Shown piece by piece: positions 53,346 through 64,000 of a stretch of 64,000 nucleotides of DNA. The position numbers were made by a program, and so were the translations under genes. The notes beneath the pieces were generated by a model. The model ran no database searches. It was given only the letters and a program-made list of their open reading frames with translations, and was not told the origin of the DNA. The stretch comes from Octopus sinensis. Lineage: Eukaryota. The stretch is from positions 48,546,001-48,610,000 of the forward strand of contig NC_043000.1 of assembly GCF_006345805.1 (NCBI RefSeq), given 5' to 3'. How positions within the stretch are numbered: position 1 is the first letter of the stretch; the number at the start of each line of letters is the position of its first letter.

Positions 53346-54454
53346 TTTCATCACTAAGTTGCTTTTTATGGTTCATGCTCATATTTTGTTTAGTGCCTGG
53401 TCAGATATGATAATCCAAACTGCAGTTATTCGGTATGAAAACGATTAGCCACAATTTAGAGATTGTGCGATTTTGAATAAGTGTAGAGACTTACCTGACA
53501 TCTTCCATCGACAATGTATTTGTCTGGATATGTTGACTTTTCTACTTGTTCAGTTTGTATTTGTATACAAACTTTGTATGTTCTGGTGGTTACTTTAGAG
53601 GAGTTAGGTCAAGTTGGATAGGTCTATATCTTAACATAACAGGATAGCTCTGTATCCTATAACTTGGTGCTAATGAAATTATTTACGTTTACTGCATGTT
53701 TATTCTATTTTCTTCCTGTAATGATTGCTCAAATAGGGTTTTTACGATGTTAGGGAGTTGTAGTACACTTTCGTATATTTTAAAGCTATATGAAGCTTGA
53801 TCATATGAGGCTTGATCATAAGAAAAACACATCGGTCGACAGAGTTACAGGCCAACACAAAACTTGAGAAGCAATCACAGATGAATTATATGACGCTATT
53901 TAATCCCAGATAATCTCTGATTAAGAAAACCTGTCATCAAAGTTATCTCAATAGCCACCACTTCTTATGAGGTACAGTTTGAGAGTTTAACAGTATATGT
54001 TTCCCTGACTAGTCTATTTCTGTGAGACAAACATTTAACTGCTAGACACAGCGTAAGTGACTAAGCTGACCCCCGTCAGTGTGCTCTTTATTCATTAATA
54101 GAGTTGTGCGTCGCCTCTTCAGTGTTTGGAACTATCGTTGTTATCGATGCCTTAATTATTTCTCTGTGTGTGTTTATTTATGTTCATCTGGGCTGGGTAG
54201 AAGATACAATAGTAAGAATAATATTAAAATATTTGTTTCTGTTTACTGAGATTCGTAACAACATTAGTGTTTACTAGTGTTAACTGAAACAATTAAGCTC
54301 ATGCTCAGATCTTTAAGCTAAACTAAGTAGGAGTGTATACTAATGTAATAACGTCATAATTAAAATTTTGAATTGTGTAATAAAAGAGTGGTTCATTCTC
54401 GGTTAGACGATTTTGCTATGTGGTCTCTATACAATTGCTCTATTCAAAAGACAT

Positions 54455-54660
54455 AACGCAGCGAGCTGGTACAGTCGTATGCACGCCAAGCAAAACGTTT
54501 AGCAGCACTTCGTTCGTCTTTACGTTCTCAGTTCAAATTCCACCTTACCTTTCATCAACTTTACCTTTCGTTCCTTCGGGGTCGATAAAATAAGTACCAG
54601 TTAAATACTTACTCTCACCCCCAACGTTGATGTCTTTCTGCTAATAATTTGAAACCAATA
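54455..54660 (+). mobile_element. Old SINE family B copy
   Basis: gcgagctgg ... ttacgttctcagttcaaattcc ... ttcggggtcgataaaataagtaccag ... aatttgaaaccaata. Confidence 0.75.
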
Positions 54661-57600
54661 TTTACAAGACATATAAAACATAGGATTTTTATGTCATCTA
54701 AGTTTTTGTAATGTGTTTAGTAAAGAAATATTAATTCTAATAAGGCATGGTTTTTGGTTGGGTCTTAAGGACAAAGAAAACTTAATATAATGTGATCATG
54801 GTTCAAGAAAACGAATTTGTGTATTTGTGCAGCGGATCAAATGAATTTTATCACGTCCTCACATTATCATATTCTTCTACTTCAATTCACACAGCCAAAG
54901 CTTACTCATGGAAGAACATACGGATATGCTATATTTTGTACTCTAAATTGAAGAGTACCGGTTAGAAGCTTCAACTCTATGAATGGATTTGCATACAGGC
55001 AGTTTCATTTTATAGCAGATATTAACATTGAAACTGATATATTTCTTTAACAATATCACTTGAAAAAGAAGTTTCTTAATTTAGAATCGACCATTTCAGA
55101 AACTGATGAACAATATGATTTTATTGTAGTTATTTTTACTTTTAATGTCATCACAGAAAGGAAATATCTCATTATGCTTGAGCTTAACGAAACATCGAAT
55201 ATCTAGCTAATGTATAACCACAAAAGTTTCCGAATGAATGAGAAAATATCGATTTCTAACATACACACAAGACCACACTTTTAGGGAAAAGCTTATAGCT
55301 CATTAAATCGATTCATGTACACTGTTTAATTGATCCCGATGGATGGAAGATAAAGTAGACGTCAGTAGGTTTTGAACTCCGAATGTAAAAACAATAAATA
55401 CCATTTCATATCTAATCTAGTACGATATTAGAATAAAATTGTTTACACCCATGTGTAAAAGTGTAAAAATTAAGAAATTTTGTTGATAAAACATTTCAAC
55501 TTGAAGAATTGATTAGTATGAAGACTATTAAATATTATATGGTATTACAATTGCTGAAGCCAAAGTTATAAGCGATGTACTGTTACACTACATTGGCCAA
55601 GAGAAGTAGATAATGTTATCATTCGGTTCTCTCAGCTGGAGATTTGGACGACTATATACTTTAATTCTTAATCAAATTTATTTTCAATCGTATCATGTCC
55701 CATAATACCCGAACGTGTGGATCGATTGATTGTTTGAATGAAATGTAAGTACAAAGATTTCCGAATGACTGACTAAATATTTACTATATAATTCGACATG
55801 AGACATTTACTCTTTGAAGCACGAATGATACATTCAGGTGTATTTTTAATGGGAAATAGGTTGCTTTGAATATATTTTGTATATTGTCTTTATACATTCA
55901 ATATAAATTTTCTATTTTTTTTATTATACGTTCAAAGCGATAAAGTAATGAATTTAATCTGTATTTAGTGTTTAACTTGATATCTATTCAACTTTATAGC
56001 TTCCTAAATGGTTTCTTTGTATTAGATACTCTTTCATTTTAGGTTTGTCTTGTCTTTCTTTTTCTTATTCAAATGTTTCTCATGTAACTCACGCAAATTA
56101 GTAAGAAAACTATAAACTTAAAATTTGTCTCAGTTTATGATGTTAATTCATGAATTATTTTGGTCTAATGTGTGATACCTACGTATCATGTACTGCTAGA
56201 CAGTAACGATTATGCGTTGTTTGAGGTTTTGAATTTGTGTTGTATCCATGGGAAAAATGACAGAATCAACGCCACTGTTATACTTAATGCGAAATATACA
56301 GAGTATTAATAGAAATTAAGTATGTGTGTGTATTGTATCTAGTTAATAAACTAGTCTTTTACTGGTGCTGCGTTCACTGCAAAAATATAATCTGTATTTC
56401 ATTGTCTCTTTATTAAATGATTTTCACAATAAAAAACACGCTTTTTGTGGCATCAGGTCGACATCAGGTCGACATCATGTCGCAAAACCGACATTTTGTT
56501 ATAACATTTTGCAGTAATTCCTTGTTAGCAGCAGAAAAATTATATTGTTTAAACCTACATTTGAATCAATTTGTGTATTCATAAATATTTGGGTTAACAT
56601 GAAATTATTTCAGCAGAACATGACTCTGCAAAGGTATAATCTCAATAGGTACTCTCTCTATTCTGTTTTATTCGTAAACTAAAAACAAATGTGAATTCTA
56701 CGGATGAACAGCAACACAACCTCTACGTGCAAAACCCTGTTGCTTAATTGCTGGAATATTACAAACGAATATCTTTAAAATATCAGAATATATAGAATAA
56801 TGTTGATTCTCAATGTAATAAGTTTAGAAACAAATGGGATAGTTATGCCTCGAACGCTTACGATTACGTCTGCTCGATCCGAGCTGACATATTTGTTAAC
56901 CAGAAATAAGGCTCTAGTAGTGAATGCAACGGCTAAAAGAGTCATAACATATATGAATACATTCATACATGCATTCGTGATACATACATACATACGTACA
57001 TATATGCATACATACATACCTGCATGCATCTGTGTATGTGTGTTCTTAAAATGCATTTTCTGAAATATATAAATCACATGATTATAGGTTTGAATTGAAG
57101 GGACCTTCGTATGCGTCAATGTTTATAGTTTTCCATATAGTTTGTAACTACATTCAGGCCTTGGCATTTAAATGTTTCTAAATGCTTTCTAAACTCTTTT
57201 TACTTCCTTATTTACTGAAAATAATAAAGTTCCGTTCGTTCAATTTCATTATTATTAGCCCTTCCACAAAATATTAAAGGACTATTCCTATTATTTTCAT
57301 TGATTTATTATCTCATGCAAGTATATATTTCATTACTGATGGCAACAATATTTTACATTCGTGTTTCAATTGACATGTATACAAAATATAGGCTAATCAT
57401 TTCTATACTACATGAAATAATTCAATAAAACGATTCGACGCTGTTGTTTTATGTACTTGTGATCAAAAGTTTAAATCAATACGCGATCAACCCTTTTCAA
57501 CTGGGATGAAAACAAAATTCGGTTTCATGAGTGAATATATTTTATCCTACAATATATGGAAATTGTGAACATTTGAATATACTGCAGAACAAAGCCATCA

Positions 57601-58538
57601 AAAGAATTTTTACATATAAACTCAGTCTTATAATAGCTTAAAAACAGCATACACATTTCGACGAAATACAGTTCCATAAAACTGCATCAAGGTATACGAT
57701 GTTAGTTCCAGACATATATTTGTTATATAGTGAATGTATGACGAGTTAATTCAATGAATAGTAATTAATCAGTACTATAAATTTTTCTTTCTTCATGCAA
57801 ATTGTAAATTGTTCAATGAATAAAATATTTGTCTGCAATCACTTAGATAATGCGTTTATATCTACTGGCTGGCATCGTCCCGTTCCTTCACATTAAAACC
57901 AATGCAGTGCAGTTCACGGAACCGCTTGGAAATACATAGCATATTTTAGTAATATTCCGTTTGATTTATTTGAATCCAACCAACATGGTTATTAATCTCG
58001 CATTTACTTTGTACTATGTAGACAGCTCTTATCACCCATGTTTATATGGTGACGAAATTTTTATCCAAATAAGATAATTTAACTGTAAACAGTTCTTCCT
58101 CTATGCAAGGACGAATCCAGAATGTTGTTTACAATATAATACGCTTTGGAAAATAGCTTAGAAATTATCTGGAATTAATGTATATGCGCTTGTAAGTGGT
58201 TCAATATTTTCAATAAAAACAAGATGATGTTTTCAATTGCTTGTCCTGTAATTTGAATTTCATTTCTTAAATTATGCTTTTTATTTTATACCAGACATCG
58301 AAATGGAAACATTGTCTAAATTTAAAATGTATATCTTCTGGATGTAAAATCTTCTGTTAGTAAAATATAAACATAATGTAATGTAATTTAGTACTTGCAA
58401 AATAAAATTATGACTATAATTATATATACCAAATATGAAAGACGGAAAAAAGAAAATACACAAAGAACTTACTAAATAGTTTTTTTTTAATGCATTTGTA
58501 CTTTATACATATATACATGTGTTTGTATGTATGTATAT

Positions 58539-58593
<55 letters not shown>

Positions 58594-58689
58594 ACACACA
58601 TACATAAAGTGAATGTTGTGAGCAAGTCTTTCTATTACATCAATGTACGATTGTTTCATTGAAATAGGACCTTCTCTCATGAAATTATT

Positions 58690-58702
58690 ATTATTACTTT
58701 GA

Positions 58703-58784
<82 letters not shown>
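58690..58784. repeat. (ATT)n microsatellite at the 3' end of the R4-type element
   Basis: Direct inspection. Confidence 0.97.
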
Positions 58785-60045
58785 CATCGTTAATATATGA
58801 AAACTCACAGTTTATTTTCTTGGGTATGATGGAAAGTGTCAGCTGTCCTCAGCCAGCAGACTAAGGTGACAGTTGTTTACTGGTCATGCTTCAAGAACCC
58901 TGCGAAGAATTCTTGTAGTTCTAAGCAATTCTAAATTTTGCTGCTGTTCTACCTTCACTTTTGCACCGATCTTTTCAGCCATGCTGGCAGTCGAGTGCTG
59001 ATACTTCCAAGTGCACCGTCTACTGTCTTCAATGACCACAACATTCGTATTTTCCACTTTAAATCGTCATAGTTGTTTATTTTTCCTTCTTTCGCATTGA
59101 TCCTGTTGTTACCGGGGCATGCTATGTCGATTCTCATGCATGTTCTTTCTTCTTTATTCACAACAACAATGTCCACTTTCCGATGTCTGGTCAGATGATC
59201 GCCCTGGATCATTGCATTCCACAGGACTTTGCAATTCTCGTTTTCGGTGACTGCTTCTGGAGCTTTCTCATACAACGTCTTTGCTCTTTGTAGGCCATGA
59301 TTTCCACAGAGCTCCCACTGGATCATTCTTGCCACATTGTCATGGCGTCTTTTGTATTCGCGTTGTGCCAACTTCGGACATTCGCTAACGATGTACCATA
59401 ACGTTTCACCCCCATCACCACACATTTTGCATTTGTCGCTATCGTTAGTGTTGTGTATTATGTACTTCATATAATTGGTCCTTAACGCTTGTTCCTGAGC
59501 TACGCGTATGAATGCTTGTCTCTATCTTCAGGTCACTCCTCTCTATCCATAGCCACCGGTCCTCTGTATCTGTCTTCGTGTTCATATCTGTTGCAAACTG
59601 ACCGTACATTGTTTCCTTCCATGCTTTTTTTGTTCATTCCTTATTTAAATTCTTCTTTAGGGACACAATTTTCAGTTTTGATGACGCCGGACTTCTTCGT
59701 GTATTCCACGGCATTTTTTATATACCACCCTAAGTTGTTTTCCTCTGCTTCAATACAGTCCTGGCAACTGATCGAATCTCTCTCTCACCCTTTCTTCTGG
59801 ACAAGTACAGCCTATCGGTGTCACTCTTAGGGTGGAAGGCTCCGTGTACTGGCAACATTTTTCTGGTCCTGGTATCCATTTTCTTCATTTCTCTCTTGTC
59901 ATTTTATAATTCCCGCTCCATTACCGAAGTGCTTGTATTTTATTCCATCCAGTCAATTTGAGCGCACCACCAACCTCAGTCTTCGGAAACACTCCATCCT
60001 CAGTTGCTGTTTCATTTCCTTTTCCATTATCTCGTTGAGTTCTAG
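58785..60045 (-). mobile_element. 5'-truncated R4/Dong-clade non-LTR retrotransposon with restriction-like endonuclease (degenerate)
   Basis: HPKSDTDRLYLSRRKG (RT C-terminus), CKMCGDGGETLWYIVSEC (zinc-knuckle-like), KRRHDNVA, RKVDIVVV...IDIACP (PD..D-like RLE), terminal LLRTTRILRRVLEA*; (TAA)n on both sides. Confidence 0.9.
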
Positions 60046-61224
60046 ATTATTATTATTTCTCATCATCATCATCATCATTATTATTATATGTAAACAAATA
60101 GCTCGACTCTAACATCGATTAATCTTTCGATAGCGTTATTCACTTCGCATGTCAAAAGAATACAAGCATGATGACATCGGATTCTCGACAGAGCGTTACC
60201 TTAAGATAATTCTGGAGTGAAACACTCCATCACGATGTTTTGATCTCTGAGGTAATACTTGTATATCTGTTACATGTAAGGTAAGAAACGAAAGTAGTTA
60301 TGTCCTGGACATAGTAAATGTCTAACAGAGTGAAAACGCACTGAGGAAATTTTAGCTCTCTCACTGTCTTTATCTCTCCCTCTTTCTTCTCTCGCTCTTC
60401 TTTTTGTATCCTTTTTCTGTCGTTCTGTCCAAAAGAGTAGAAAACACGATGTGAAGTTGTTCTAACTCATAGTTAATTTCTGATGACGTAAGCGTTAAAT
60501 GCAAACGCATTCCTTGCTTTAAGTAGCCTGTCTTTTTTTTTTCTTCTAAGAATTGTGTGCTGCAGATTACACCATAAAATGTATTTTGTCTTTAGACAGT
60601 AGAGTCTAATTTGAGCGAATTTTGGATGTTATTTCTATCCGGTTACGTAAAGGCTCCCTTGCTGAATCGTTGCAAAAGTAGTTGTTGAAACGGGTATCTC
60701 TTAATGGATGCTTTTAAGTAATTTAATAAAAATGATACCGCAAAATACAAAGAAAAAATAAATAAAACGGAACAAGTATCTCCTTTCCTGAATATTGATT
60801 AAATAAATCACCAAGGAAGTTTTTAACTAGCATTTTCAATTTTCTTCGTTCGTATAATTTATTCCGATCGGAAAATCAATCGGAGATAAAAATTAAGAAT
60901 GTTCAGTACTTACGAAGTGTGATTTGTGTCTGAGCTAATCAAAAGTTATATATGTAAGAGCGATAAAAAGCTAATACACTTCTTTTATGAGGAGACTAAT
61001 AGGAAGTTAAAAAATGGGTCTAAGTGGAGTTCGTAAAACAATATGTATGGGTAACTACATTGCTCTAGTCGAAAAATATTATCTATAAAAGAACTGAAGT
61101 ATCAAAGTTATGAATGTTGTGCAGCATAAAACAGGTAGGTCTGAAAATAATGTCAGCTATTTCTAAACTGCCATAAATTCTTTTTCGAAGTATAATAGAA
61201 TCTGCCTCTTTCTTCCCTCCTCCT

Positions 61225-61605
61225 CATCGTCGTGATATCATCTTCTTCTTCTTCTTCTTCTTCTTCTTCTTCTTCTTCTTCTTCTTCTTCTTCTTCTTCT
61301 CCTTCTTCTTCATATTCTTCTTCTTCATATTCTTCTTCTTCTTCTTCATATTCTTCTTCTTCTTCTTCTTCTTCTTCTTCTTCTTCATATTCTTCTTCTT
61401 CTTCTTCTTCATATTCTTCTTCTTCATATTCTTCTTCTTCATATTCTTCTTCTTCATATTCTTCTTCTTCATTTCTTCTTCTTCATATTCTTCTTCTTCT
61501 TCTTATTCTTCTTCTTCATATTCTTCTTCTTCATATTCTTCTTCTTCATATTCTTCTTCTTCATATTCTTCTTCTTCTTCTTCTTCTTCTTCTTCTTCTT
61601 CTTCA
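61225..61605. repeat. (TTC)n tract with periodic ATA interruptions
   Basis: Direct inspection; source of the poly-K and poly-S ORFs. Confidence 0.97.
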
Positions 61606-62249
61606 GTATAATTGTTTGAGCTGCTAACAGAACATTTTGATAACTTGATATTAATGACATGTGTGTCAGTTAATTATTGAAACCTCGCTGGAGTTTGCAA
61701 CAGTAGCATTGAAGTACTGCGTTGTTATCAAGTAACTATCTTATCCCCACTCTATAAAATATTGACGCATTATACTAACATTATGATGATAAAAAAGTAG
61801 TGTTCATGTCTCGCATTACTAAGATGTAGATAAAAGATAACCGGAAAAATTGTAGAAAGGAGCTCGAATAGACGCAGACATTTTTCATCACTGACATTGC
61901 TAAACCTATCACATCATAAAAAGTCTCTCCCCCCATGCAATAGAGCTTGTAGAGGATAGAATAATTCATTCAATAAAGATCTTACAGCAAAGGGAATAGC
62001 TGTCGTCACCGAATCTCTATGGATAACCAAATATAACGAGAAATCTTTTAGAAATATCTCTTTCTGTTCATTCGCCTAGTGTATCATCCCGGGATTAATA
62101 GCACAAGTACGTGCATGGACTACATTAATATGGATCAAATACACCAAACACAAAACACTGTTGGCTTGTAGCCGCCAAATGAGAATGATGGGATGGTGCA
62201 ATCCATACCGCGTCGAAAAATTCCTAGCTGCATTTCTTCCAACTTACGC

Positions 62250-62385
62250 CATAGTCGACTTTGCCTTTCATTATTTTGGTGTCGATAAAATGAGTACCAG
62301 ATGAGAACTGGGTTCGATGTAATCGACTGACTCTTATCCACACTCACAAATTTGAGGCTTTGTGCCTACAGTAGAAAAAATATTA
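62250..62385 (+). mobile_element. Old SINE family B remnant
   Basis: gtcgactttgcctttcat ... gtcgataaaatgagtaccag ... ctgggttcgatgtaatcgact. Confidence 0.75.
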
Positions 62386-64000
62386 TCATTAATCGTTCAT
62401 AACACAGACTGAATAAATTGAGAGATTGAATGACTGTTGTCAATACGTTGTTGTTTTAACTGAGCTGGCATTTTGATCAAAAAGTCATGACTGTCCTATT
62501 TTCAGGTCGTATACATACATCTCAATATTATTTATTGCTTACTTCCTTTATGCAAGTTTATAAATTTGATTGATAAATGCTTTGACAACGACATTACGGT
62601 GGTCTAACGCCTGCGTATAAGCTTCCTTATAGAGTCGCAACACCAATAGGTTTGCAGCGAGAATAAGCTGAAGGTAATGTCTCATGTAAATTGACAAGGA
62701 ACACATTTATAAAGTATTTCTCTGCAAAATAGAGATGGCTATATTGTTTTATTTTGTTCCTTTGCGGAGTGTAAGAAATATAAAAGCATGTTGTTTAGAA
62801 CGAAGAGAATTAAATGACAGTACATGTCGGGTCGCTGATCACATCTAACGAGAATAATTTAAGAACTAGAATGGCTAATATGTACCAATAAGTGAAGCGA
62901 CTATTGTTACAATAACAGTGAGTCTTGTTGTTGCTATGGTATCAAAAGTATTATTAATGTATACACAGCAGCTGCCGGGTAATTATTTATTGGGTGAACA
63001 ATGGATGGACAATATTTAACTTTAATCTTTTGCCAGAGGAGTTGCATTTAATCACACGGCAATTAAGAATATGAATACAAAAGAAAATGAAAAATTCATG
63101 AGAAATTTAATGAGCTGAGGCAGGATTGTTTATATCGAGCATCCGTTTACGAATGAAATACAAAAAAAAAACGGAATTTCTGAAGGGCTCTTTACGCTAA
63201 ACGTACGCGTTCAGTAACGCAAGGCAATTAATGCTAATGAAATGAAGTAAATTTATTCGTAAAGAGCAAGCATATTGGTACTGAATATTTCTTTATTGTA
63301 AGGACATTCTTTGGAAAAATATGTCTTCGTAATGCACGAAGTTGAAACCTGTAAAAAGATTTCTGCCGCAGTCAAAGTAGTTGTCGTAGGTTCTTTATAT
63401 AAACTAGTATCTAGAGAAGATATTAAAAGATACTAAAACATATTATTGACAATGACACGACCACTTCATTAAGATACGAGATGAAACTGTTCTGGATTTT
63501 GCTGTCATTAAGTATCATGCCCAACCCTAGCTGACCGATCAAAAGCGTTCGAACCCTAACATCTTTGCTTGAGGATTACAAAGTGTACAGCAGGGTGCGA
63601 TTTTTTAACATAGTTGGGAGTGAATTAAAAAAAATATTCACCTGCTCTATCTAACAAATCTAGCGGATACGTAGATATTTCATTCTTCTTAAAACAACTA
63701 CAAAAATATAATAGTTTTCACAACCAAAACAAAGAAGATTAAAAGATAGTCCTTATTAATAAATGTTATAAAGCCAATATAATTACGAGAAGTGACTAGC
63801 TACCAAAAACCGTTTATAATATCGGGAAAAACGTGCATCGCAAAATTGTTGAATCCTGATTTACATTCTTCTGATTTATCGTTACCTTGAAAAGTGTATG
63901 CGTAAAGAGCCTTTGCAAGCCACACTACTCCTACTGGCAGGGTAATGATTATATCGCATGACATAGTTTGTATCGGTTTCTAAATAACTATTCAGCGGAT

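Noticed and set aside
53495-53600. Minus-strand CAG|GTAAGT donor with open frame ...TYPDKYIVDGRCQ
   Set aside because: Acceptor is weak, there is no partner exon, and no homology was recognised.
61224-61660. Poly-K and poly-S ORFs
   Set aside because: Translations of the (TTC)n tract.

Overview
AT-rich, repeat-dense animal genomic DNA. The SINE families match what I recall as typical of Octopus genomes, so this is probably a coleoid cephalopod; that assignment is from recognition, not a search. No host protein-coding gene can be identified with confidence, and almost all listed ORFs are microsatellite or SINE artefacts. Supportable content: three or more tRNA-derived SINE families (about 20 copies), Penelope-like element (PLE) remnants (GIY-YIG at 3.8-4.5 kb, RT at 38.7-39.0 kb), a 5'-truncated R4/Dong-type RLE retrotransposon inside a (TAA)n tract, an RTE LINE fragment, two mariner-type non-autonomous elements, a 5S rRNA pseudogene abutting a SINE, and many simple repeats. 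The most notable signal is a set of minimal type I hammerhead-ribozyme motifs. One sits in a 534-bp TSD-flanked fold-back element that joins a Pol III tRNA-like head to a hammerhead tail, present on both arms. A few splice-site-bounded candidate exons (for example 17.6-19.8 kb, +) may belong to an unrecognised host gene but are low confidence.
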